Source: a virus. From it: a stretch of 64,000 bases of DNA. Location of the stretch: the IMG/VR virus record IMGVR_UViG_3300025000_000078, positions 1 to 64,000 of that record. One strand, written 5' to 3'. A program made the position numbers and the translations under genes. Below, in pieces: positions 10,804-20,904 of the stretch; position 1 is the first letter of the stretch, and each line of letters begins with the position of its first letter. Below the pieces are notes generated by a model, which was not told the DNA's origin, searched no databases, and saw only the letters and a program-made list of their open reading frames with translations.

Positions 10804-12851
10804 TTATACAGCTTCTTTAAATTGTTTTTCTTGTGATTTTTCTAATCTGTCACATAATTCAAAGATATTTAATAATTGCCCATTTTCATCTGGTTCAACA
10901 TGTGATAATTGTTTTTCTAATATAGGTAATGATTTATTAAATAATTCATATCTTAATTTTTCATTTGTAAGAAACTCTTTTCTAAACTTTCTAGTATCAA
11001 ATTTAATATCTTTTAAACCTTCAATATATTTATAAGGGTTACGACCAGCAATTAATTCATTATCTTCAGCAAATCTTAATTGAGTTAAAATAGGATCAAA
11101 TCCAGTAGACTGGTCATAAATAAGATTTACAAATTGACCAGCTTTATTAGTTCTAGATTTTAAAAATTCAGCTCTTACACCAAAACCATCAAAACCATGT
11201 TCCTCTTTTTTAAACTTTTCTGAACCTAAAGCAATAAAATTTATTAATAAATTAGCATAATAGATCGATATATTCACATTGGTCGTCAGTCAATGCAGTT
11301 CTCTTATGAACTTCCCTAATTTTCACTAGGATACTAGACTATATCTTCATCCTTAATACAATAATGTATTAAGGAGTTACCCATTTCGTAAAGAACTCTG
11401 AAAAGTTCACCTCACCATTATTGACTTGTGAGTCTACTCCTACTCTACTAAAAGTAGCGTCATCAGATAGTCGTTGAACTTTATTCTAATAATATTAATA
11501 TATTAGAATCTTAGCTGCGGATTACCTAATTTCTTACCTTGTTACCATACCTAAGGCATTACCCTTCGCCACTATAATATTGCTATTATAGTTTGGTAGT
11601 AAGAGATTTAAAGGGCTTCCCCGACAATTAAAGTAGTATTAACATAATATTACTATTATGCCACCCTAAATTTAGGTGCATTCCCACCCGTAATGTTCAC
11701 ACTATTCGTTAGATAGTGCAGTTCTCCTATGAACTTCCCTAGAATTTCCCTAGGATACCAGACTATATCATCATCTCTATATTTTCATATATAGATGCTT
11801 CCTATTTCGATTTAAGGGAATCTCACCCACTCACTTGAGCCCTACTCCTATTGCTTATTTCAAAGCCAAGGGATAGTCGTTGAACCTTTCTCTAATAAAT
11901 TAGAGGCTTGGCTGCGGATCACTCAATCCTAAAACATTATTACTATACCTTAGATAGTTAATCTAAGCCATTAATACATTACTATATTAATTTAGTAGTT
12001 TTAGGCTCTAAGAGATTCCCCGACAATTAAAGAAGTTATTCAACATACATTACTGTATGAGGACCCACAAATCTCGAAGGTATCGACTGGTCCATCTTCA
12101 TATATAATAACTGTGGTTGTGTTTTATTCATTGGAGAAATTTCTATTTTTTGATTAATATGATTTATTGCAATAACATTTATATTATATGCTTTTATAAT
12201 TGGCATCAGTCTCTTATAGAATTGAGCTAATGCTTTAGCAACTCTATTAGCATATGTTCCACCTTCCATTTCATTAGAAGTATCTTTTGAAGCAACAGTT
12301 GGGATTGAGTCAATAATCATAATCGTTGGAACAAAAGCTTTAATCGGTCTATTAAATTCATCGAATAATCCAGTATTATAAGTATAGTCTTTTCTATTAG
12401 CTTCTTTTTCCTGAGCTATTTCAACTATACTATTAAATATATCTTCAATATAATTTTTTTCTTGTTTTAATATATATTTATCATCAAGTTCTTGTTGTGT
12501 CATAGATGTTACATTTTTTATTCTGGTGTACGATAAAACTTGTTCTAAATCAAAATGTTGAACAAATGCATTATCATCAAATCTTCTAACAATATTAGCG
12601 GCAATTTGAATAGCAAAAGTAGTTTTAGCGGTACCAGATTTACCTATGATTGTCATAAAAGTACCACCGACTATACCAATAGAAGAATATGTTGTTATTA
12701 AAGTTTCATCTAAACCTCTAACTTCAACCATATACCCATTCCTATAATCAAATGGTACAAAACCTGTTGGATAACAAATCGATGTTTGTGTTGGATTAAA
12801 TAAACCTTTTTTATCCTTTTCTCTTAATCTTGAAAGCATTTTATTAGCCAT
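10804..12851 (-). CDS. recA: RecA/UvsX-like recombinase; spliced from three exons (12851-12078, 11688-11674, 11265-10804; about 416 aa)
   Basis: Walker A GKSGTAKTT, Walker B IIDSI, IAINHI; splicing gives DQSIP-GGNAP-IYYAN (cf. RecA TTGGNALKFYA). Confidence 0.9.
11266..11673 (-). ncRNA. ORF-less group I intron 2 of recA (408 nt)
   Basis: P1 CACCU/GGGUG; P, Q, R (GTTCAACGACTA) and S (AAGATATAGTCT) elements; terminal G at 11266. Confidence 0.9.
11689..12077 (-). ncRNA. ORF-less group I intron 1 of recA (389 nt)
   Basis: P1 ACCU/GGGU; P, Q, R and S elements; terminal G at 11689. Confidence 0.9.
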
Positions 12852-12980
12852 TTTTCTTTAACAATCCCCCTTTTTATTATTTACCCTTATATGATAGTTG
12901 TTCTAAATATAAAATTCTAAAAATATAAAAAAATAAAGAATGGAATTTAACCATTCTTTATTTTTAATAAATTAGATAAT

Positions 12981-13913
12981 TTAATATTTTTGTTTTAAAA
13001 TATTTCCGTTATTCAACATAATGAAGAATATCTTAAAATCATGTTCCAACAGAGATAACGCATTGGAGTAAAACTTTTTAACCCTATTGTTATAATACTC
13101 AGAGTCAACAAATAGAGTTACTGCATTAAATCTCTGTGCTTTTATTTCTTTAATAATATACGGTAATTCAATATTGTTAAATTCCACAATATTGAAAGCA
13201 GAAGTATTACTGAATTTTGGATGTAATTCACGTAATTTATTAACATCCGACTTAAGTGCAAAAATGGTATGAGTAGGTCTACTTGGTCTGAAATTAGATA
13301 TGATATACGGTCTATATTCTTTTTCATTCTTAGAATCTAGAATTTTTTTAGAATATACAACCTTGCCGACAACTTCCGTGATAATTTCAGTACCTTCAAC
13401 AACGTCTTTAATCTCTTCATCATTAATGGTGACAGTATATACTACATCTGATTTGGTGTATTTGTCATACAGTCTAATTTCTAGTGGTTTAGATCTTTTA
13501 TTAACAGCTACAATAAGGGTTAGTTCACCATCAAGTAGATAATGTTCTAACACAGAGATGAAATCTTTACTAATACTGACAATCATCCTCTTACCAACAT
13601 TCAAAGTGATTAACAAAATGTCGGTATTATGGTTATTTTTACTCTGAATTATAAACGGATTAAAATCCTTTTTCCCATGTATAAGACTTGTCAATTTTTC
13701 ACTATCACCAAGAATAACAGGCTCTTTCATTTTAACAAGTTTTGATACAGTGTCACTATCCAGTGGTGTAACTATTTCTTTCATACAACGAATGAAACAA
13801 TGCATGTCATTTACAGGCGAATCTTTTCTTTTAAAGAATGAACCAGTTCTCTCATTAAAATCATTATTATTTATCTCCCAAGGTCTCGGACTTTCGTTAA
13901 AAAGTAATATCAT
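12981..13913 (-). CDS. Hypothetical protein (paralogue of 13963-14874)
   Basis: Shared motifs LFN..PWEI, KDFNPFI, RPxRPT, NAxTLF, C-terminal KY. Confidence 0.7.
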   Translation of the reverse strand: MILLFNESPRPWEINNNDFNERTGSFFKRKDSPVNDMHCFIRCMKEIVTPLDSDTVSKLVKMKEPVILGDSEKLTSLIHGKKDFNPFIIQSKNNHNTDILLITLNVGKRMIVSISKDFISVLEHYLLDGELTLIVAVNKRSKPLEIRLYDKYTKSDVVYTVTINDEEIKDVVEGTEIITEVVGKVVYSKKILDSKNEKEYRPYIISNFRPSRPTHTIFALKSDVNKLRELHPKFSNTSAFNIVEFNNIELPYIIKEIKAQRFNAVTLFVDSEYYNNRVKKFYSNALSLLEHDFKIFFIMLNNGNILKQKY

Positions 13914-13962
13914 GTTTATCTCTCCCCTATTTTATTATTTTTTATCTTTTAATTACATTTTT

Positions 13963-14874
13963 TTAATATTTATATTGTACTATGGAACCAGTGTTTAATA
14001 AAATAAACACTACTCTGAACTTTGATGTGAGTTCTTTTAGTATTACCTTATATCTATCTTCTTCTTCATAATGATCAGCATCAATAAATAAAGTTATAGC
14101 ATTATATTGTTTATCTTTTATTTCTTCTATTATGTCTCTGACATTTTCAAGTTTTTCATCCCAAAAAGTATACATATTATGATATTGTAAACTATTTCTG
14201 TAAAATTTTTCAATTACATTTTCCAATCTCGGATATATATCAACGGAACATATAATTATCTGTGTAGGTCTCTTCGGTCTATTGTTTTTTATTTTTATAG
14301 GTGTTGGTACATAAGATAGATTTAATCTCTGTATATTTTTCATACAGGTTAAATCAAGATTTTGATTATAAAATATAATATATTCTATAATTTCTTTCTC
14401 TTTTTTATCATAAAGAGAAATTATAAATTCAGAATCTATTGTATCCTCCATTGATAACACTATACTTAGGTGATGTCTATTGAGAATATGTTCAATAATA
14501 AAATTTCTACCCATTTCCATATCAAAAGCAATTTTACCATTAATTTCTAAACTTAATAATAAAACATTTCTGTTTTTACCGTCGTATATCGAATGTTTAA
14601 TAAATGGATTAAAATCTTTATGACCAAATACAACGCTGGTATTGTCATCACAAATTTTAACAACATCTTCAGTTTTAGAAAAATTATTAACATGTGTTTT
14701 TATTTTTTCTAAAAAATCTCTCTCATATGACGTTATTGATATACCACAATTATAATGAGGCTTTATATTATCTTTGTTTTTGACTATTCCATAATCCTTA
14801 GAAATTCTTAAATGTTTTTCCCCTTCTCTGGATATTTCCCAAGGGGTTTTTGTATTATTAAACAAATAAATCAT
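13963..14874 (-). CDS. Hypothetical protein (paralogue of 12981-13913)
   Basis: Same motifs as the neighbouring gene. Confidence 0.7.
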   Translation of the reverse strand: MIYLFNNTKTPWEISREGEKHLRISKDYGIVKNKDNIKPHYNCGISITSYERDFLEKIKTHVNNFSKTEDVVKICDDNTSVVFGHKDFNPFIKHSIYDGKNRNVLLLSLEINGKIAFDMEMGRNFIIEHILNRHHLSIVLSMEDTIDSEFIISLYDKKEKEIIEYIIFYNQNLDLTCMKNIQRLNLSYVPTPIKIKNNRPKRPTQIIICSVDIYPRLENVIEKFYRNSLQYHNMYTFWDEKLENVRDIIEEIKDKQYNAITLFIDADHYEEEDRYKVILKELTSKFRVVFILLNTGSIVQYKY

Positions 14875-14942
14875 TATACTCCGCCTTCTCTCTATTTTAT
14901 TTTACCAATCTTTTCTATTTAATAATTTTGTTTATTTACAAA

Positions 14943-15299
14943 TTATTTTTTAATTGAAACTTCATCATAAAAATGAATAAATATTTTGTATTTACCAATA
15001 CATAAGACATTATCTGATGGAAGTTTATTCCAATCAGAACAAATCTCTCTAATTATATTTTTTATTTTATAAAACACTTCAACATTTTCTTGTATTAATA
15101 CATTAATAAAACCATAAGCAGAACTATTATTTTCCTCAATAATACAAGATTCATAATGACTAAAAAACAATTCATTTATTTCTTCTGTAAGTTTTAAGTA
15201 TTGTAATAATCTTTTATATACTGATAATTTTAAACCTTCTCCTAGTCTATTAAAATAAAAAGCACCATCGTATTTACCTTCATTTAACATATTTATCAT
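14943..15299 (-). CDS. Hypothetical protein
   Basis: 118-aa ORF with AGAAAGGA RBS. Confidence 0.6.
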   Translation of the reverse strand: MINMLNEGKYDGAFYFNRLGEGLKLSVYKRLLQYLKLTEEINELFFSHYESCIIEENNSSAYGFINVLIQENVEVFYKIKNIIREICSDWNKLPSDNVLCIGKYKIFIHFYDEVSIKK

Positions 15300-15317
15300 T
15301 TATCCTTTCTAAAATAA

Positions 15318-15355
15318 ATTTAATATAAGGTTGATTAATCAACCTTATATTAAAT
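15318..15355. terminator. 38-bp perfect palindrome, probable terminator
   Basis: ATTTAATATAAGGTTGATT|AATCAACCTTATATTAAAT. Confidence 0.6.
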
Positions 15356-15363
15356 ATTATTTT

Positions 15364-16218
15364 TTATAGAAATTTCTTATTTTTCATATTAGAAATAACG
15401 TCTGATACTTTCGGATATGTTTCAGAACTTATCTGTGTAAATTGAATCCGACGAGCACTATCTTTACCTCGTTTATCATCTCTTTCACGGCGGTCAATAA
15501 AATAGGTAAGCCTTTCTTTAATTTCTTTCTTTTTACATTCTTCAAGATAAGAAAGAATAAAGTTAGTTAAAATATTCCACGTTACCATCTGCTTATCATC
15601 CAAATGACGGATAATATCTTTACGCTCTAAAGATATCTCCATCACAACAATATTAAGAAATTCTTCATTGAATAACAACATGAAGAGTTTCTTCAATATT
15701 TTATTGTCAAGTTTCAATTCAACATCTTTACTCATAGCGTACATTTTACGAATTAATCGCTGTACGTATATGCCGACAACCCTTTCATTTTCAACCATAT
15801 CCCTAGATGGTAAAATAGCCAGTAATTCCTTAATTGTACTTTCATCTAAATCAACTTTCTTCTTTATCTTTTTAACTTTCTTTTTAAGTAAATCATCAAT
15901 TATACTACAATAAATTTCATTTACATCATTTTCAACTTTCCCATGGTTTCTCTCCAGGAAGTTATAAATTAATACAACTACCGCCAAGTCCTGGTCATTG
16001 TCTTTATTATCTTTAATGACCTTCTTCAAAGTTTTAGCAAATTTTAAATCCATCATTTTCTCAAATATGACGGATACTATGTCCTGCTCTTTAAAACCTC
16101 TTTTAATATAAAAGCTTGTGAGGTCTGAAAGGTTATCGGAGATAACACGAATCCTCTCATCTTTATTCATTTTCTTAGGTTTCCATTCTTTCAATAAATC
16201 TTTTACTGACATTATCAT
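15364..16218 (-). CDS. Hypothetical helical protein
   Basis: 284-aa ORF, AGGAGG RBS, AACA-N6-TA at 16253-16264. Confidence 0.7.
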   Translation of the reverse strand: MIMSVKDLLKEWKPKKMNKDERIRVISDNLSDLTSFYIKRGFKEQDIVSVIFEKMMDLKFAKTLKKVIKDNKDNDQDLAVVVLIYNFLERNHGKVENDVNEIYCSIIDDLLKKKVKKIKKKVDLDESTIKELLAILPSRDMVENERVVGIYVQRLIRKMYAMSKDVELKLDNKILKKLFMLLFNEEFLNIVVMEISLERKDIIRHLDDKQMVTWNILTNFILSYLEECKKKEIKERLTYFIDRRERDDKRGKDSARRIQFTQISSETYPKVSDVISNMKNKKFL

Positions 16219-16422
16219 ATTCCTCCTTTTAAATTTTACAATAAGTTTCTAATATTAATTTGTTGTTTATTTACAAATTAATTTTTAAAATATCCACTCC
16301 TTAAAAATTTATTCCGTATACTTAAAAATAATATATATTTATAAATTAAATATAATTTTTATGTAATAATAAAAAAATAGATATTGGATTATTATTACCC
16401 ATATCTATTTTATATAACTAAT

Positions 16423-17121
16423 TTAAATAGCAGTTTCTAAAGTATAAATCACATCTTTATCTGGAGAATTAAATAATAATGGAATATCATTCGATATATT
16501 TAAAGCTGGACGAACACCATGAAACATATTACTACTAGAATCATATAAATATCCTAAATGATTGATATAAAGTAGTCCCTCTGAAGAGCAACGTAACCAC
16601 CACGCCCAACCATCATCTTTTTTTATTTTTATTTTATTAATTGTGCAATTACTTTCTTTAAAACATTGTTCAGATAAAGGTGTTATAAAACTTTTTGATC
16701 CATCAAAGATAGGTAAACGAACACCTTTTTTAATAAGTCCTATTTCTACTAATGATAAAAGAAATACTTTATCTATCAGTTCATCATATTTATATTTACA
16801 AGGATCATCATCTGATATGATTTCAACATTAGTATCTAAAATTTTAGAAAATTCTTCGGTAGTAAAATGACTTAAAAATCCTGAAACAGTATTCAACCAA
16901 TTACGTATATCAGAATTAGTGTATGAAGTTAATTTATCTTTTGAAAAAGGACGTAAATCAATGATTCTATCTGTTAATAAAGTAACTGAATTTTCAGGAT
17001 AACCAGGATGGTTCTTAGCAGCAATTCTCCAAATAATAGGTGAAACCTCATTATCACCAACTTTATAACTACCAAATCTAATCTTATCACCAATACCTAA
17101 TTCATTAACTAATTTAGACAT
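16423..17121 (-). CDS. DUF6273-like protein
   Basis: GDKIRFGSY..PIIWRI, SDIRNWLN, DKVFLLS, WWLR and GVRPAL motifs. Confidence 0.65.
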   Translation of the reverse strand: MSKLVNELGIGDKIRFGSYKVGDNEVSPIIWRIAAKNHPGYPENSVTLLTDRIIDLRPFSKDKLTSYTNSDIRNWLNTVSGFLSHFTTEEFSKILDTNVEIISDDDPCKYKYDELIDKVFLLSLVEIGLIKKGVRLPIFDGSKSFITPLSEQCFKESNCTINKIKIKKDDGWAWWLRCSSEGLLYINHLGYLYDSSSNMFHGVRPALNISNDIPLLFNSPDKDVIYTLETAI

Positions 17122-17213
17122 TGATATACCTCCTATTTTTTATTTTTAAATAATTTTATTCGGTATAAATTAGATTATAAAATTTACACCGAATAAAATA
17201 TAATAGTATTATA

Positions 17214-17654
17214 TTATAATGTTAATGAAGTTATTTGTACAAAATCAGCTGATTCTGAATAATAACCATTAGATGTACCATACCAACTAATTGTCACATA
17301 TCCTTTTATTGTTGCAAGTTTATAGAATGTCCAACTATAACTTGTTTCCCCATCATCTTTATTACCAGAATCACTTGTTTCTTCGGCCATTAAGATAGGT
17401 GAATCAATCAAATCTTCAATATTTCCAATTATATCATGCATATCAACTGATTCACAACACAACTGACAATGAAACATAGAATAAATTGCACCATCCGAAC
17501 AGTAGAAATTTATTTTTTCACTACTTTTATCGATATCAATTTTAGTTAAGGTTTTTCCAATAAGTTCATTGAAGGGTAATGTAATAAAGTATTCTTCACA
17601 GTTAACAACTATTTTTTTCAATTTTTTATTTTTTTTCTTTTTCAATAGTTTCAC
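17214..17654 (-). CDS. Hypothetical phage protein
   Basis: [11 protein letters not shown]...[27 protein letters not shown], resembling a widespread small phage family. Confidence 0.65.
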   Translation of the reverse strand: MKLLKKKKNKKLKKIVVNCEEYFITLPFNELIGKTLTKIDIDKSSEKINFYCSDGAIYSMFHCQLCCESVDMHDIIGNIEDLIDSPILMAEETSDSGNKDDGETSYSWTFYKLATIKGYVTISWYGTSNGYYSESADFVQITSLTL

Positions 17655-17772
17655 CCCTAATATAAAATTTTAATTTCTTTAATTATAATATATATTTATA
17701 TTCTCTTTTTATATGTTCCTAAAAATATAAAAAATAATAAGATGTGTCTTTTAAACACATCTTATTATAAAA

Positions 17773-17934
17773 TTATTTACTTAGATTTTCTAAATTAGTT
17801 TTTACAGATGATTCAATTAAAGTCTCTAGTTCATCTTTTTTCTTAACTTTTTTCTTTGTTGGATCTTTAATATCAAGTCCAGCAAAGACACCAACTTCAG
17901 TTATTATACATAAATCTTCTTCCTTATTTAACAT
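17773..17934 (-). CDS. Small hypothetical protein (53 aa, not in ORF track)
   Basis: AAGGAGGTGA RBS followed by MLNKEEDLCIITEVGVFAGLDIKD... Confidence 0.6.
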   Translation of the reverse strand: MLNKEEDLCIITEVGVFAGLDIKDPTKKKVKKKDELETLIESSVKTNLENLSK

Positions 17935-17950
17935 TTTATTCACCTCCTTA

Positions 17951-19651
17951 TTATTTTAAAGATTTCTTAACTAACAAACCTTTTGTAACTAGGTCAGACA
18001 AAATTCCCATTGATATTAAGTGAACATCAATTAAATTTAAAGTCACTTTATTTTCAACGTTATTAGTTAAACTATTTAAAGAAACAAAACCTTTTTGTGC
18101 TATTTGTGCATACATTTCATTTTTCATGACCATATCATCTGATCTAGGCGATATATTCACATAGGTCGTTAATCTATGCAGTTCTCTTATGAACTTCCTT
18201 ATCTTTCGATAAGATACTAGACTATATCATTAACCTAATAACTTTCATTAGGTTACTTCCCATTTCGATTTAAGGGATTTTCACCCACTCACTTGAGCCC
18301 TACTCCTATTGTGTATTTTAACACTAGGATAGTCGTTGAACTTTATTCTTATTTTCAATTTTATAATTTTTCGAAATATGATCCCATTTACCATATTTTA
18401 TCCCATCTATTAAACTATAAAAACTATTATTATCTTTTCTTTTTTTATAGCCATAGATATGCATTATTTGCATTTGAGTAAGTCCTTTCTCAAGATATTT
18501 ACAAATATCTTCTACTATCTCTTCCGAATATTTAGCATAATAATTTAAACTACCTTTACAACCAAATCTACTTTTACTATGAATTAAACTAAATTCATTA
18601 TTTTCTTTGGTTGTAACCCATTCAAGATTCTCATAATAATTATTAAATGTGCATGTGTCTTTATGATTTACATTCGTTCTTTTTTGTTCTTTATTATAAC
18701 CATTAACAAATTCCCATGCAACAAGTCTATGGGTTCCAACAATTTTTACTTTTTTAGTTTCACCAATTAAAACTGAGTATAAATATCCTTTTTTATCAGA
18801 ATATGGATTTATTATTTTATTGATGTGTATATCTTTAACTTTACCAAAATTACTTATTAAGTAGCTATTTTTTTTAATAAATGGGTATGTGATAATTCGA
18901 AAAATTTCTTTATCTTTTTTAATAATTATATACATTTATTATCATCCTTTTTAAAATAAATTAAATAAATGTATAATAATATATTAAAAAAAATACTTAA
19001 TTAATAAATAAGAATCTTAGCTGCGGATTACTCAATCTTTTTATTATATAATAAAAAGCTCTAAGAGCTTCCCCGACAATTAAAGAAGTTTTCTATATAT
19101 GTTACCATATATAGGGGCTAAGCTATGTAACCCATAAATTCACGTAATGCATCAATAGCATCAACAGATAATAATGAAAAATTTTCTTGATCGGATTCTC
19201 TAGCATTTTTATCTTCCCCAACAACTTGACCTGTCATTGCAGAACGACTTGAACTTTTCAATGATAAAGTATTTTTTTTACTTAATAGTTGTTGCATTCT
19301 TTTAACATGAACATACCCAACAGGTACTTCATATTTAATAACAATAGGATTTTCTATACTATTATTAACAAAAGGCACTACTACTTTTTCAAATAAAGGT
19401 ATGTCTAAGATTTTAGCTGCTTTTTCTATATTTTCGATAGTTAGATCTCTTTCATAATCAACCATATCTAGAATAAGATATTGTTCATCATCTTTAAAAA
19501 ATTCTTTAAAGAAAATATTAAATTGTATATCACTCATTGGTTGAAATAATTCTTTATATTTTTTAGTATTAATACCTGTTGGGTCTAATTCATTAAATGT
19601 TTCATAGATTACTTTTTCCATTTTTTTTCTCTTATCTTTATTTATAGTCAT
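17951..19651 (-). CDS. rpoB: Second RNAP beta C-terminal fragment (probably virion RNAP); spliced (exons 19651-19130 and 18148-17951, about 239 aa)
   Basis: PVGYVHVKRMQQ...TGQV...ENFSLLSVDAIDALREFMG-PRSDDM resembles VGYMYMLKL...[24 protein letters not shown]; late-type motif upstream at 19686-19697. Confidence 0.8.
18149..19129 (-). mobile_element. Group I intron with HNH ORF
   Basis: P1 GGGU/GCCC; P, Q, R and S elements; terminal G at 18149. Confidence 0.9.
18324..18935 (-). CDS. Intron-encoded HNH homing endonuclease
   Basis: YLISNFGKV, HRLVAWEF, VNHKD...NNYYENLEWVTTKENN; its 3' end reads through the intron R element. Confidence 0.9.
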   Translation of the reverse strand: MYIIIKKDKEIFRIITYPFIKKNSYLISNFGKVKDIHINKIINPYSDKKGYLYSVLIGETKKVKIVGTHRLVAWEFVNGYNKEQKRTNVNHKDTCTFNNYYENLEWVTTKENNEFSLIHSKSRFGCKGSLNYYAKYSEEIVEDICKYLEKGLTQMQIMHIYGYKKRKDNNSFYSLIDGIKYGKWDHISKNYKIENKNKVQRLS

Positions 19652-19685
19652 CTTCCCCCTTACTATAAAAATACATATACATCTT

Positions 19686-19724
19686 TAAAAATTTGTTCTG
19701 TAAATATGAAAAAACAATTATTTA
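19686..19724. promoter_or_regulatory. Divergent pair of AACA-N6-TA late-type phage promoters
   Basis: Minus strand 19686-19697, plus strand 19713-19724; motif recurs upstream of many genes. Confidence 0.6.
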
Positions 19725-19750
19725 AAATAAAAAAGGGGTGAGATTTTATA

Positions 19751-20188
19751 ATGAAAAAAAATATTCTTATTATTAAAAGAGAACTTAATATAATAAAATT
19801 AGATTACTTAGATGAAAATAAAAATATTATTGATAAAATATCGTATCAAATAAAAAATATGGGTTATGAAGCATTTGATGATTTCAAAAACACAATAGTA
19901 CCTTTTTTTAAAAAATATTTCAAAGATTCTGAAATAATATTTTTAAATGAACGACATTTATTAACTTTATTTGTAAAATTATTAAAAATCTGTATTAAAG
20001 ATGATAAAATACCTCCAATGAAAGCTAATATTGATGAAAGAAAAAGACATTATTTTGTAAATATTTATAAAGAAAAAGATATTAATGAGACAATTATTGA
20101 ATCAAATAGAAATATGACATTTAATTTATTTAGATATTTTGATTATCTAGTATTAAAATACTGCTGGTTTGATATAGGGAAAAGATAA
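19751..20188 (+). CDS. Hypothetical protein
   Basis: 145-aa ORF with RBS. Confidence 0.65.
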   Translation: MKKNILIIKRELNIIKLDYLDENKNIIDKISYQIKNMGYEAFDDFKNTIVPFFKKYFKDSEIIFLNERHLLTLFVKLLKICIKDDKIPPMKANIDERKRHYFVNIYKEKDINETIIESNRNMTFNLFRYFDYLVLKYCWFDIGKR

Positions 20189-20251
20189 ATGAAATTACTA
20201 ATGTGATATTATATCACATTAGTAATTTATATTTTTTCATTAAAAATATTA

Positions 20252-20470
20252 CTAACTAACAAGAGGAATATATGCTATTGTTTCATCATACTCCTGTTGA
20301 GTTATCCAGCCTTTATTCAAGGCACAATCAATTTGTAATCTACTATAAGTAATAGCAGCATATTCTTTTACTGGTTCAACATATTCTACGGGGATTTCTG
20401 TAAAAAGTGTATTCCCATAAAGGTAAATATTTCTTGTAAAGGTAGATGTCCTAAAAGGTAAAACTGGCAT
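20252..20470 (-). CDS. Small tail-fibre-associated protein (XkdX-like position)
   Basis: KGWITQQEYDE ending; lies downstream of the fibre gene. Confidence 0.5.
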   Translation of the reverse strand: MPVLPFRTSTFTRNIYLYGNTLFTEIPVEYVEPVKEYAAITYSRLQIDCALNKGWITQQEYDETIAYIPLVS

Positions 20471-20482
20471 ATTTATTCTCCT

Positions 20483-20869
20483 TTATACCACTGGGTTTTC
20501 TGAAAAATAAAAATTCATAAATTCTTGAAAATCTGCATTTGTTTGTGCTAATTGTGTTTCTAACATAGCAATTTTTTCTTCCTGGGTTATTTGTTGTGGT
20601 TCAACCGGAGGTTTTAAATTAATAATATAGTTAGCTGTTATTTGAGTTGTTTCAACTACATAATTTGGTCCTTGCAATACCTCAGTTTCATTATTATATT
20701 GTGGGATATTTTCAATTAAAGGAAGCCAACCTTCCTCTATAAGAATTCCTTCTGGTAACAAGTTGTATCCAGAAACACTATTACCATTTTTTAAAGTACC
20801 AATAGAAGGTAAACCTACTACAACATTTCCATTTTCTACACGTCCGTACTTCATAAAGTACCCTCCCAA
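20483..20869 (-). CDS. Putative tail fibre assembly/chaperone protein
   Basis: GWLPL..P.YN.ETE motif and C-terminal coiled coil; follows the fibre gene. Confidence 0.5.
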   Translation of the reverse strand: MGGYFMKYGRVENGNVVVGLPSIGTLKNGNSVSGYNLLPEGILIEEGWLPLIENIPQYNNETEVLQGPNYVVETTQITANYIINLKPPVEPQQITQEEKIAMLETQLAQTNADFQEFMNFYFSENPVV

Positions 20870-20904
20870 AGTAATATTTAAATTATATAATATAAATTAA
20901 TATT

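Noticed and set aside
7087-19651. Stop-codon reassignment or inteins as the cause of fragmented genes
   Set aside because: Other genes are full length in the standard code; the breaks coincide with ribozyme cores and are repaired exactly by splicing
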